A stretch of DNA of 64,000 bases from Amoebophrya sp. A120 (Eukaryota > Protista > Dinoflagellata). The DNA lies in the NCBI GenBank assembly GCA_905178155.1, contig CAJINV010000001.1, forward strand, positions 15,624,142 to 15,688,141. Direction: 5' to 3'. Shown one piece after another: positions 1 to 12,110 of the stretch. Within the stretch, counting starts at the first letter, position 1. Each line of letters opens with the position of its first letter. Made by a program: the position numbers and the translations under genes. The notes below the pieces were generated by a model. It was not told the DNA's origin. It ran no database searches and saw nothing but the letters and a program-made list of their open reading frames with translations.

Positions 1-244
1 TCAATTTTGATGGTGGATTTTTCCCCAACGCGTGAATGCCATACCAACAAATGATCGAAAAAATTGTTGGTGCAGGAATGCTGGTGCTATTATACTTCTA
101 GTTCCATTATATCTGAATGGATGCTTTTTATTATTTTCTAGCTACACGTATAAGAAATAGAAAATTCACCCTTGTAGTTTTGACAACTAGGTCTGGACGA
201 AGAATTGAGACAAAATCCTAAGCACGTCCAGAAGTAAAACGCCG

Positions 245-328
245 TTGTTTTTATTGTTCCACACTTGCGCAATTGTTTTCATTGTTCCAGCACGCTGCTG
301 TTAAATCGCAACTGTTTCCATTGTTCCA
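245..328 (+). repeat. Three imperfect copies of TGTTTYYATTGTTCCA just upstream of a likely start codon
   Basis: ttgtttttattgttcca, ttgttttcattgttcca and ctgtttccattgttcca read directly; ATG (MSSNPP) at 349. Confidence 0.7.
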
Positions 329-348
329 CCACCACTACCACCACCAGA

Positions 349-3052
349 ATGTCATCAAACCCCCCTGATGAACATGCTCCGCGCTCCACGGACGGGGCAA
401 ACGCTTCGCCCGTAGGTAGAAGTAGTCGTGCGCCGGATGATGTCGCACAACACTCGTTGCCAACTTTGCTAGAAAAAGAGGAGCCAGCCGCGGCGAAAGG
501 ATCTGCGACCGGTATGGCCGCGCAGAGGAAGATTTCCGGCACTTTGGAAATCGCACTAGAAGGTAACGACTGCAACCACTTCTCGGCGGCTACCATTACG
601 GGCGGTTGGTTGGAGGCGACCGATGGTACTCGTTTTGCTCTTTCGCCCGGTGGGAAAATTTCGTCTGTGATCGTGCCGTCTGAAAACGACAAGACGACTC
701 GTGTAGTCGGTCTGGCCACGAGCCAGAAGGAAAAAGAGAACGAACCCGAGCCCACCCCACCAGAGATCATAGCGAGTGTGAACGAGAACAAACTCCTCCT
801 GGGCGACGAAAACAAGAACTTCTACCCGGACGAGGATGAGGACAAGAAGAAGGATCACGAGAAAAAGAACAGCCGGGAGTTGGAGGGCCTGTTATTCGAA
901 GACTTCGACGGGCTGAGCTCAATCGGGAAGAATTCCCCCGGAGATTGTGAGTTGGAGCTGGATGGGGCGCCAGAATTCGAGGAAAGCGAAAAGGTGGAAG
1001 AGAACAACAAGGTCAAGGAAATGCATACAGTGCGCGACGAGGCGAAGACGAAGCAGATGAACGACCGGCACCAGAAGACCCCGGCCGCGGAGGTTGGAGC
1101 ACAGGGAGCGGCCGAGTTGCTACCCTTCCCGAAGAAGCGCGATTTTTTCGCCGGCGAACTGTTAGGGCAGCGCCTGCCCGACCCGACGTTCGCGGCGATC
1201 GACTTCCACGCAAATCCGCCATCTCCGCCGGACACGCGCGAGCGGAGCTGCTTCGATCAGAAGGCCGAAGACGAAAGAGAGGACATCTTCCGGGCGGTCT
1301 GCAACGCGGTCGAGCGGCGCAACGGAATGGGTATGGACCCACGGCAGGGCCTCGGCCCACTGCGCGAGCGGTCAGCGAGCGCAGTGATCACGGGGCGCGA
1401 TGCGTACACACGGACGGAGTGGGATATCCTTTGCCAAGATGCCGCGCGCTCTTCTTCTTGTTCTTTTCTTTCGAAGCGCAGTCAGGTGGTCACGATGGAA
1501 AAACAAAAAGCGCAACGATCGAGCCGCAAGAAATGAAGTGCAAAACTTGCAACGCTCGCTGTTAGAAACCACAAAAATAAACTGCGTGGCCAAATCTGAA
1601 ACGAAAACAAAGAATCACTTTTGAAGAACGAGCAGAAGTGCGCGCGGGTGTTTTTGCACCTCATACAGAAAGATGGACTGCTTTACGAATGGCTGGAGGA
1701 TTATCCACAAAAAAAAAGCCATCCCCATCCAAACTGTAGACTATGTTGCTTTTTGTGCATGTTTCGCGCCACTACTAGTGGTGCGAAACATGCACAGAGT
1801 CCAGGAACTTGCCATGCAAAAAACTCTTTGATGGGCATGGCTCTTTTCTTCTGGATAAGTGTCAGAAAAAAAAGCCGAAGGGCGGCTATTCCCGCCCGAG
1901 AGTCCCAAAGTGCTTCAGTCCGTTCATAAGCAAGTTCGGCGATGAGTACGTATCTAGTGCAAAGGTATCGCACTCGTAGCAATTGCAGTTTGTTATGAAC
2001 AACGACAAGCGTTTTTTGTTTTTCTAAGGTCAATCAGCACAACAAGTACAAATTTGAAATTTCATTTTTCATGCAGAGAAAAAAACTGTCATGCAATTCA
2101 TAAAACTCGCGCGATGCTTTTGCAATTCATAGAACTTCGACTTGGATGACTCGGAGGATTTATTGCACCTACAGTCCGAGAACGACTCAGAGCATTCGCA
2201 GCTGGATTTGGCCGACAAGAACAGGTATTGTGTTAAATTTCGCATGCAGAAGCTGTTGTAGTTGAAGATAGAAACTAAGCGCAAACTAACCGTCGATGTG
2301 TATTGACAATCATGCTTGAGGGACATCCTCAACACTTATACAGGTGTATCAAAACCTGCTCAATATGGTCGCGTGGTGAAGCGGAAAGTGATACTTTAGC
2401 ACACAATACCTCCGGGGGCATCATGGCAGGTGGTGCGAGTGTCCATGCGGAAATGAAGAAGGCTCGTGTACCGGGATCCGAGTTTGCCTTTTCGTCCAAG
2501 GACATCTTCACTGACCAGCAAAATGGAAATACAACCACGGAGACAAAAGCTAAAATATCGCCCTCTTCCCTGCGCCACAACATTCTGCCGAGCGTTGAGG
2601 TTGACACGGGTGATCTTGAGATGGAGGACAAGTTTTCTACCAACTCGACGCGCGGCCACCGAAATAACCCGATCAACGCTGCCTCATCTTCATCTACCTC
2701 CACTTCTACTGCGGTAAATTTCCTGAACAAAAAAGCAACGCCAGCTGCTGGTGCGGATTCCGACCCTTCTTCTTCCGTGGACGACAGTTGGCTCGACGAG
2801 AATGGGGAGAAGATGTCTGTGGCGGCGTACTGGTACAAACGAAGTTCGAAGAAGGTGGCAGCCCGCGCACAGGCAAAATTGGCGCAAAAGAAATCGGGTA
2901 GCGGCGAGGACAATGAGAAGAGCGAGCTGGTGGAGGATCAGAAAGTCGAGGAGGACAGCGAGTGCGAGGAAGAGGAGGAAAACGACGGTGGAAGCAAGAT
3001 CGAGAACTGCTCTGGCGAGGAGAAAGGCGAGGATCAAGACTCTGATTTATAG
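349..3052 (+). CDS. Multi-exon acidic/low-complexity hypothetical protein (exons ~349-1530, 1669-1698, 1860-1947, 2134-2224, 2344-3052; may extend 3')
   Basis: ORFs 265-1536 and 2303-3052 join into one open frame after removing three TIR-bounded introns and one GT-AG intron (2225-2343). No recognisable domain. Confidence 0.55.
1533..1665 (+). mobile_element. Degenerate TIR introner (non-canonical intron)
   Basis: Left end atgaagtgcaaaac vs reverse complement of right end tatgaggtgcaaaaac; flanks aagaa/cagaa. Removing 138 nt eliminates two in-frame TGA. Confidence 0.55.
1702..1857 (+). mobile_element. TIR introner
   Basis: tatccacaaaaaaaaagccatccccatccaaa vs rc tatccagaagaaaagagccatgcccatcaaa; flanks aggat/agtgt. 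Element+5 removal gives ...WLE-CQKKKPK. Confidence 0.7.
1951..2131 (+). mobile_element. TIR introner (same TIR type as 8656-8895)
   Basis: tatctagtgcaaaggtatcgc vs rc tatgaattgcaaaagcatcgc; flanks gtacg/gaact; internal tgtcatgc. Element+5 removal keeps the frame. Confidence 0.6.
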
Positions 3053-5560
3053 ATGGGCTCCTGGAAAATTTTATGCAAAAATACTTTCACTTCTCCCTCA
3101 ACGTCGACACCGTCGAAAAAGGCATGGACATCATACGGAAGCCTTTGCTTTTGCAAATTAAAGGAAACGCATGAGCAATCGAAGATACGACAGCAGCGAC
3201 ATCGGTAACCTAAATACAAATAGGAAGAGGCATGCTCTGGACACAAAATTACTTGTATTTTTACAGCATTGTCATGAGCGTGATGGTGATGCTTCCAGCG
3301 AGCTGTAGGTTGCACTGAAAAAAAAGGGTTGAAACAGTAGATGGAGATGCAGAAATAGTCTGCATTGATGCAAGTCGCGCGTCGATGGGTGTCCGCGTGC
3401 TCGAGCGAGAAAAAGTTTTTCCATTCGATCTGCTCTTTTTAGGGTTTCGGAATTTTCAAGAGAGCCCGGGAACCGGACGACGAGGACATCAACGCATACA
3501 ACCTAAACCTATTCGAGTGCTTCACTAATAAACCAACTGGGATTTCTTACAGATGAGAACCATTGATGTGCTTACGTTTAGCGTGAAGATGAACAAATGA
3601 AATCACACCGCCATCCAATGTGAACATAGATGAAGAGAAGGCTACGACGGTTCTCATAATATGGGTTTTCGGTTGGCGGGTTCATCAACTTTATAAGAAA
3701 TAGAAATAAAAACATGCGAGGATGCTAGTACTTGGCGAAATAATATTAATAGGAAATTGTCGGAATTGAAACTCCTGCATTTGCTACACTGCTGACTCAA
3801 GGTTGCGCAAATAGAAATACGCAGCAAGAAGTGATGTAGTTTCTAATCGATTTACGACGAGTGGTTTATTGTTCCTTTTTCTTCGATGAAAGCGAGCGAC
3901 ATGATTTTATTCGACGGTGCTAACCAAGTCGAAAATATAAAGTGCGGCAGTAGATCATAACAACGCAAATTTAGGCACTTAATTTTTGGAAATAAGATAG
4001 AGACTACGACTACAGTTGTTGAGCAAGTTTCTTTTCTAGACGGCCTAGGACTTCGACTTCATCTGTGTGGAAGCGGACTTCATATTGCGGAGTCTTCCAC
4101 CAGTCTCAGCTGGAAAAAATTGCTACATTACAAGGTACAGTCCGGGTGTGTGAGTATGTGTATGAAAATATGCGAAACTCATTTTTTTAATTATTTTTTT
4201 AGCGACTCATAGGATTGCGGCTGCGGTGAACACGTGACGTTGTCACAAATTTCAAACATTTGCATCGAACGAACGTGTTGTGGCCTTTTGATGGGAGGCC
4301 ATGCTCTACCTCTTTTTTTGTTCCTTTCATCACTAGGCTTCGGCGTGATCTAGCTGCACATATGGCTGTGGCTCATGTTTTGATTTATTTTGGCAGCACT
4401 ACCGAAACGAAATCGCAAAGGAAAGACGGGAGATGCTCACTCCGTCTGCACATCACGATTTACTCTTTCTAAACGTGGTTTTTTTCAGCTTGTTGGAGTT
4501 GTTCTTGTCTCCTCCTCCTGGAACTGAAGAAAGGATTATTTCACTAATAGGTAGTGTCCTACTTGATGAAGATGTTGTCTAACAGACACACACGACATTT
4601 CAAATGAAGTAAGGCAATTGAACTTTGCTGGGGGTACTACTATATGAAAAAGCTTCGGCTTGTTGATCATGAAACGCAAAGAATTACAAGAACGAAGAAC
4701 GGAGACTGGTGTAGGAGGTGCTGACTCTCGAGCCTAGAGAGACTACGACAGGCTTTCGAACCACCAGGGAGGAACCTGCTCGGACATGCCTAGTCCTAGC
4801 AGCCAAAGAAATGGCAATGCGTGATGTTCTTCAACGGCTCGTTGACTCGTCAAACGCTCACACCAAGGAGCCGCCCGTGTAGTAAGTTAGTGCACTTGTT
4901 GGAAAAATTGCAGCACGACCACGACGACAAGAAGTGCTCAACAGCTAAGTTGTAGCTACCTGGCTGTACCTGGACTGCACCAGCGCCAATTTCTGGCGCG
5001 ACTGGAAGAGAAGAATGGTGAGAGCAAAATGGCAATGGGTAGGGAGCTGCACCACAAAAGTGCTGCAAGCCGCTAAAGTAAGTTCTTGTCAGTGATAAAA
5101 GAGTAGTAAGGAGTTGGAGCCGCGAGTGTAGGTGTACTAAGACTGACCCTAGCACTAGCAGACTACGCATAAAACATTTTTCAAATCTTCAGTCGTTTTC
5201 TTTCGGAGGGACAATCACAAACTGGATCGTTTATCCGGTTCTGCTTCTGTCATCGAGATGAAGAAAAACAATAACGCGTGACAATGTAGTTCCTTCGACG
5301 AGATCGCTCATCGTTGTCCTGCTTCTTCGAAGGCGAAGTCCGAAGGTGAAGCAGCGTTGCAGTGTGTTGTGCGGCAGCAAGAACTCCAACTGCGACATTC
5401 GTTCTTGTTGAGCAGAATTCATCTACATCTCCAGTAGTTGGAGACACGCTTGCCACGCACTAATATCGACGCAAGACCACAACACAACTTCTTCGTGGGT
5501 GCATTTACTACTTATTTTCTCCGGCTCTGACCAGGTCTGACTTCTTGTGCCGGCTTCATC

Positions 5561-6052
5561 ATGCCACCGTCTCTTCCCCGTCCTGGTCGTCTTGAGGAGC
5601 AGAACGACTTTGCTGGAGATCCGCACTGCTCCACCACAAAAATTATCGTTCCAGTGAATTTCACGGGCACTACAACGTCCGTGCTGGGAACGGTAGGCGA
5701 AACGACCGGAGAAGAAGTAGTTGCGACCACACCGCAAGATGATGAACCTCGCGTTTTCACAATCAAGACCGGTTCTCTGAAGACACTTGGTGGCGGTTCC
5801 ATAAGTGTGGTCGGCGGAACGATAAATGTGACGAATATTCCTACGGCTCCTGCGAGCCTGGTCCCGGCGAGCGTTGATACGGCGAAAGACGCGGGTGCAG
5901 AAAAGGTGATCCCGAGTGCGGCTATGGGGGAGTTGGCCGCGACGGCCGCGAGCGAAAATCGCGAAACGCTTGAGAGGCTGAATCTTAACAAGGTCTGTTC
6001 CAAGGCACCAGAGGTACAAGTGGATACAATTATTTCACAGGATTTCGTGTGA
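5561..6052 (+). CDS. Thr/Ala-rich hypothetical exon or ORF
   Basis: 163-aa ORF with coding-like composition; boundaries unresolved. Confidence 0.3.
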   Translation: MPPSLPRPGRLEEQNDFAGDPHCSTTKIIVPVNFTGTTTSVLGTVGETTGEEVVATTPQDDEPRVFTIKTGSLKTLGGGSISVVGGTINVTNIPTAPASLVPASVDTAKDAGAEKVIPSAAMGELAATAASENRETLERLNLNKVCSKAPEVQVDTIISQDFV

Positions 6053-6242
6053 GGAGTCAGTGTCTTGCTCTTGACTCTAGGTGATGGACTGTCGATTCTT
6101 GATGCTGGGCTGTCAACGACGATGCCGTGCTTTTCACGACACTCCTGAACGCTGGTGAGTGCCAGTTTTTCGTATTCATTGAATCAATCTCATTGTAGTA
6201 TGTAAGGTAGCTTGTTCCACCGAAGAACGTGACCATGAACAC

Positions 6243-7399
6243 ATGCAAACTCAGGAGCTCCTGTTGGTCCCGGACAAGGAACCTGCTAATATGGCTACCA
6301 GTTTAATCTCGCCGAAGCAGGCCCGCAAGGAGGACGCAAAGGCTGCACTGAAAGAAATAGAAAGTGAAGATGACCAAGAACCAGGGCAGCACCTGTACCA
6401 GACGAGGGAAGAACGAAAGGGTGAACTCTTGTTGCTCGTGGACGATACCGACGCAAACACTTTCACTTCGTCTTTGAATGCAGCATCGACGTCGCACCAC
6501 CAGCTCCGAGTACAAGATCAAGGCGAGAAAGTAGAGGGCGAGCCAGTAGAAGAAGCACCATCTCCATCGTCTGCCGCCGTCGACCTCGATGTGAGCGTGA
6601 GCATGTCCGCGAAGAACGAGCTGTACAATTTTTTGAAAACCTGTGCAGCCGATAGGAAACCTGACATCTCCGACGGCGATATTCATGCCGCATCTTCATC
6701 TACTGCAAAATCTAGAAACGAAAGCGCTGCCGGCCCGGCCGAGCAGCACGCCACCGGCGCCGCAGTGGAAAGCGACAGAATGGAAACTAACGCACTTGAT
6801 GCAGAGGATGAGGCAGAAAATGAAGACGATCCTGAGCTGTATCACACAAAAAAATGTCTAGCGTGCAAGCATATTATTAATATTATCTTCAGTGTGCATT
6901 ATTTACAATGCAAAAATAAAGGTAAGCTTAAACACACAGTCTCCGTCACAGAGTCCATGCATAGCTGAAACAGGCTGCTACGGCGAGCGAGCTCCTGGAG
7001 ACAACGAGATCTCTTTGTCTACTTATTCTTCACCGCTCATCTATGCAAGTTAAAAAGCCCAAAGCTTAAACTGCACGAGCGCTTTTCTGTGTGATAATGT
7101 CCTGAAACAGTTGCAAGAGATGGACGCACTTCTCCCGGACAATATTTTCGACGAGAATGGAGACGAGGACGACGCGGAAGCAGCTGCGCATTATGTATAC
7201 GCATTTTACGGTTTACGCACTGCAAAAACGTCGAGGTCTGGAAGAGTGGTCCGGAAATTTGTCATGCATTTTGATTTTTTGACCACTAAAACGGGCGGTG
7301 TTTCTCCAGACCTTGGTGGTGACCGGTTGAGACACCGATCGCCAGCTACTTACAAGCAGCAACATAGATAGTTCGTTAAACAGTCACTCGCTCGCCTGA
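6243..7399 (+). CDS. Acidic hypothetical protein, multi-exon, 3' end unresolved
   Basis: ORF 6243-6968 joins ORF 7111- in frame after removing the TIR element 6840-7096 plus 5 nt. Confidence 0.4.
6840..7096 (+). mobile_element. TIR introner
   Basis: tatcacacaaaaaaatgtctagcgtgca vs rc tatcacacagaaaagcgctcgtgca; flanks agctg/atgtc. Removing 262 nt restores the frame. Confidence 0.7.
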
Positions 7400-7577
7400 A
7401 GAAGCGAACACACGATTGATTTTTTGGACAACGCAATCTTCTGGGCTCTGTTTGAAATTTATGCGGAGGGGGCTATCATGACTGACAAGTTGTACGTTTG
7501 CACGTGTCAAGAATGGGCCCCCGGAACAATTACTGGCTTGCCGGGCAGTCAATTTAACTTTACGCATCATATTAAGT

Positions 7578-10412
7578 TTGCAGCACGTTTCCAGACCCAG
7601 GCATGTTGGCAATGCATACGCGGCGGCCGCATTCTTGGATCCTTCCTCGCCGGTCGATCTCAAGGCTGGTGCACATATTCCGGTAGAAGAGGGGATGGAC
7701 GATGAACACGATATCAAGAAATTGAACGACGCTGATGGTGATGTCCAGCATGAAGTAGAAAGCGATGTGCTAGGTGCGATGGAGCGGACGGAAACGGAGA
7801 CCATGGGAAAGCAAGCTGAACAAGATGAAGGGACAAGCAAAACCAATGCCAAACGCCCGCGATCCCGATCGCGATCCAAACAAAACGAAAACCAAAAAGG
7901 AGGTAAGCCCATGGCCATGTGAATGCGGCTCAACTTTTTTTCAACGTGAATGTTTCTAGTTGCTCTTGCGACGTAGACTTTATGAGTGCGCATGTAAATG
8001 TTGGTGTTGGGTACCTAAATAGATGTACTAACACCGCTGTTGTTTATTTTGCGACAGATGAGGACGGTAAGCTTCACCTTTTCCTTTCTAAACCAAAAAC
8101 CAACAATACCAAACCAATAATTATCTTGCACTGATGAAGGAGAAATAAAATCTCCAGATGAAGTTCCTGTGACTGACTCTTTGCTTCTGCTCACCGCTCG
8201 CGAGAACGAAGACGTGGACACCTTCATGACGGAAGATGTTGACGCAGATGCACACCAACATGAGCCTGCGACAAAGAGCCAGAAAAAGGCTGTGGAGGAG
8301 GTGGACAAGGTCAAGGATAGGGAGTTCGAACGTAGTCACGAGAGCAACAGAGCTTCCTTCTACCCCTTGCTGCGCGCGACCTTTTTCAGAGGACCCAGAC
8401 TGCGTCTGGAGCGGATCGAGGCAAGGACGCATCTCGTGAACTACACGGCGGCGGGAAAGTACAAGACGTCGGAATGGCTCGGGCAGAAGATCAAGGACGA
8501 GCTTCGCTTTACCTGCGCGGAGCTCAGCGCCGAAAAGCAGTTAACGGCGGGCGTCCCGCAGTTTTTTGTCACCGGGGAAATGGCTTTGATCGACAAGATC
8601 GTAGAAGAAGCAAACGAGCAAATCTTCCAAAAGGCAGTGGCCGCATTGGAAGTGATACCCAGTGCAAAAGCATCGCACTCGTTCAAGAGGTCGCTGTGGT
8701 CCTATCGTATAGTTACTAATTGCGGCGAACTTCCTTGGAAATTAATGAGTAAGAGAGCACAAGTTTGCGTGTTGACGTCACAGATTGCGAAATAAGTAGT
8801 AGCTGGTGACAAGTTAGCATGAGCAGGCATCGGGCATGCGTACGATTGACTATCTTCAATTCCTACGAGTGCGATGGATAGTTTTGCACTGGATAAAACG
8901 TCACAAGCAAGAACATCACAGCTGCAGGATTGCCGGAAGAAAAGCAACAGGAGGAACTGGCAAGTTTCTTCTCTGCGATACCGATCACCAAAGCACCAAA
9001 TAAGAGCAAAGGGAACTCTCACTCTGCAAACTACGATTTCGAGTACGGCACCTACCTGATCGCGGCTTTCCAGCAGGATCGTCGCGATCACGAATCGGGA
9101 AGTACTGCGGTCGGAGATTCATCACAGGAGGTCGAGTTTCTTTCGGACAACTTCCAATCTGCATTCGACGGCGGTCGCCTGGCCGCAAAGATAAACGCAG
9201 CTGAAATATGCGATGTAAAAGCCCGTGCCGGTGCCCCCCTTCACCATGGATTTGCATATGTTTCATCTAACAATAACAAACTCGTTCTAAATTTGCGAAT
9301 GTGCAACGTATCAATCACTTGCTTCCCGTGTAGTTATCGTGCTCGTGGTTGATGGCCTTGGTCACATGGTAAAGGAAATGTGATTGTGGCTCCCGCCGAG
9401 GCAGGTTTTCATTGCACACGAATCTGCGAAGAACGATGCTGGAGAAAAAATAACCAACCCGGTGAATAAACAGAACAGCATACCAAAAAAAATTCTGCGC
9501 GTTCCCACTCCCATGAAGAAGATGAAGATACAAGGCAAGTCCAGTGCTAGTTCTTCTTCGACGTGTAACACTAGCAGGAACAGCTCCTCGTCGTCGGCGA
9601 CGTCTAAGAAAGCCGACAAGATGAAGAAAAGCAAAACCAATCAAGCCAAGGCTTCATCCGCAGCTAGCAAGAAAACTGCCGCTGTCTTTGGACTGAAGAG
9701 CAACGACGCCGATTTGAGTGAGAAAGTGACGAACACCACGGCCACCGCCGTATCTGGGCAGGGCTCGTCGTCCTTGTTGATCAACAAGAATCCGACTTCT
9801 ACTGACACCAACGCCACTACCCTGAAAGGACTAGAAGTTTCTGGACATGAGAAGAACACATCGACATCCGAAGGTGCAGCTGGTGTCCTCGCAGGAGAAC
9901 AGGGAGGACAAGAGCGTGAAGGACTGGCTGCTGGTCAAGGTAAACCAGAAGCTTTGAGGTTTTACCCCTCGATCCCAATGAAAATCATTAAGGCCAAAAT
10001 GGGGCGCGGACGGCCGAAGAAGACTGATATTGCTGGCGCAGCTGCAACATCTTCTACTAGTTCTAGCTCCAAGACAACACTAAAGCCGGCTTCCAAGTCT
10101 TCATCGTCCTCAGCAAATAACTCCAAGAGCGCGCCGATGGGTGTGCAGCAGGGAGGGGAGGTGGAAATAAAATCAGGAGGCGCTACGTCTTCTTCTGGCT
10201 CCGGCTCCGGGTCCAGCAGCAGGAAGGTTGTCACGTCTAGTACGGTTTTCGAGGATCAACAAAAATCCGGTTCCTCGTGGTCTTCAAGTGCTGCGTCCTC
10301 CTCCTTCGACGCGAGAGTGGCCAAGGTTGCTGCAGCATCTTCCACCGGTTGTACCGGTAAACATTACAACTCGAATAAGGACAGTTGTTCCACCAGTTGG
10401 ATGAAGAAGTAG
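7578..10412 (+). CDS. Multi-exon hypothetical protein(s) with a Ser/Lys-rich C-terminal exon containing an AT-hook-like GRGRPKK
   Basis: Co-oriented ORFs 7578-7922, 8169-8795, 8930-9352 and 9384-10412. The 8169 and 8930 ORFs join across the introner at 8656-8895; other junctions are unresolved. Confidence 0.4.
8656..8895 (+). mobile_element. TIR introner
   Basis: tacccagtgcaaaagcatcgcactcg vs rc tatccagtgcaaaactatccatcgcactcg; flanks agtga/aaacg. Removing 245 nt gives ALE-NVTSKN in frame. Confidence 0.7.
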
Positions 10413-10436
10413 AACACTTCTTCATCCAACTGGTGG
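10390..10436. repeat. Perfect 21-bp inverted repeat with a 5-nt loop overlapping a stop codon
   Basis: ccaccagttggatgaagaagt-agaac-acttcttcatccaactggtgg; TAG at 10410-10412. Confidence 0.95.
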
Positions 10437-10676
10437 TCGAAGGCTTTTTTCTTGCTTCTCGCATTTATGTAAAAAAAACTAAGTCATTTGAATCTCATTG
10501 ATTCCAATGCTTTCTGCAAAGAAATCGAGCAGGCTATTCTTCCTGCGTACATATCATAGTTGCAGATGATGAATAGAGGGCAGTTTCTTTTTTTATATTT
10601 TTTGGTCAGCTGCAAGAGCGGCTAACCTCAACAAGTGCAGACCATGCCCATGCACAGCTGGTTGTGCAATTTTTCA

Positions 10677-10981
10677 TATTACAGTGAAAAGTGCCCCCAC
10701 CCCTCAAATTGCAAAAATTTGTGATGCGAAGTTTCCAAATGAAACCTTTTTGTCATGCATGAAAGGAGTATAAATCTTTCTGATGCAGAGTCTAGGCGTG
10801 TATCGCATCGCTTGCATGACAAGCGCCGCTCTTGCTGGGGTCTTTTGCAATACAAATTTTCGCTATTCACGATTGGAAATCTGTGATGCTGATAGGTGCA
10901 AGAGGGCGAATGTTTCATTTGGAAAGGTTTGCAATACAAATGCTTTCAAGTTCGGGGGTGGGGGCATTTTTCATTCTGATA
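10677..10981. mobile_element. Intergenic/UTR MITE of the introner family (TIR type shared with 17428-17747)
   Basis: tattacagtgaaaagtgcccccaccc vs rc tatcagaatgaaaaatgcccccaccc; flanks tttca/tttcc; several tgtcatgc/tgtgatgc motifs. Confidence 0.8.
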
Positions 10982-12110
10982 TTTCCAGATTTTTCACTAG
11001 AAGAAATTAATGAATCAAGGGGCGCAAAAGTCGCTCACGGAAAGAAATCAATACTGTTAGGCTTAGAATCGTAATGCCCAGGGTAAAATAATGGAATTCA
11101 AGTGTGTTTATGTTTTAGTTTTTTTTCCAAGAAAAAATACTCAGCAGCAGCAACAATATAGCATGGCCATACGAACACGAACATCAAAGAAACAGCAGTC
11201 ACTCATATTTTTTTTTGATGGATGTTGGTGTTGCATGGATAGTGGCACAGTATGTCAAAATTGAAACTCACACTCAAATTATATTTTTTTTTGCCGCAGA
11301 AGATTGCGACTACATTTAACATGTTGCTGCAGAGTCGGAGGCTTTTGAAAGATACTACATGTTGACTTTGTCACACACACGCATGATTGCGAAACGACAA
11401 GCGATCGAAAAGACGAGAAACCCAAATTTGTACTTCATTCTCAAACTCAACATTCAACAACGTCAACGCTGTGAACAATCACAAAGAAAAACGCGGGAAG
11501 TTGGTGTGTATCGTCGTCATCGTCCTGCAGCATTCTTTGTTCACGCTTTCGGATTTAACCTCAAAAAGAAAAAGTTTCATCGCACCCTAAGCCCTAAACC
11601 TTGACGACAGTGCTCGCTCAGGATCGATGAAGCAGAACCAAAGCGAAGATCAACTCTTTTGATTCAGGCTTGTCGACCATTGAGTAAATTTAAGGTGTCG
11701 AAAGTCTCTCTCTTTTGCGCTGATCTTGATCACCATGCGTAATACAACCTGAATTTATCTGTTGAGTGCGGAGTTGAGAGGATATGAATATTTTGTTTGA
11801 GGTGATTGCCGATGCCGGTCAGGGTCAGCTATATTCTTCCATTGTAGCCAGATGAACGTGATTACTAGGCATTTCCCTCTGAGAGCAGTAGTAGTGCAAG
11901 TGCGTATACTTCGTAAGCAACTAGATAGCCGGCATTGGTATTGATATTGTTCCTTTCGCATATGAAATAATTCACCGCGTCCTAATTCAGTCGCATATGA
12001 AATAAATTCAAAAACATAAAAGTAGTTCGACTACGATTAGCCAGAAAAAAATCGACTTCAGTACCACTACCATGCCCATGACTCGCTAACCCCGCCCTCA
12101 TATTTTTCTT

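Noticed and set aside
1531-1668. Two in-frame TGA codons between same-frame ORFs, suggesting stop-codon reassignment as reported for one Amoebophrya strain
   Set aside because: The segment is bounded by inverted repeats and is better explained as a 138-nt intron. Long conserved ORFs here have no internal stops, and genes end in TAA, TAG and TGA.
3047-3470. Partial inverted repeat (gggctcctggaaaatt / aattttcaagagagccc) suggesting a further intron and exon of gene 1
   Set aside because: The right end lacks ATA and a duplication; the junction could not be resolved.
4700-5560. Apparent reading frame with many TAG/TAA/TGA that read naturally as Gln/Arg (U-to-C editing or hypermutation?)
   Set aside because: All three forward frames look similarly protein-like and there is no homology anchor, so it cannot be supported.
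7192-7370. Possible additional introner (tatgtat...atagata, internal tgtcatgc, GC..AG in the 1|4 register)
   Set aside because: Terminal repeats are weak, there is no flanking duplication, and the downstream frame stops within about 10 codons. Not counted.
11957-12011. Short direct repeat cgcatatgaaataa(a)ttca x2
   Set aside because: Only two copies; a likely local duplication, not a CRISPR-like array.
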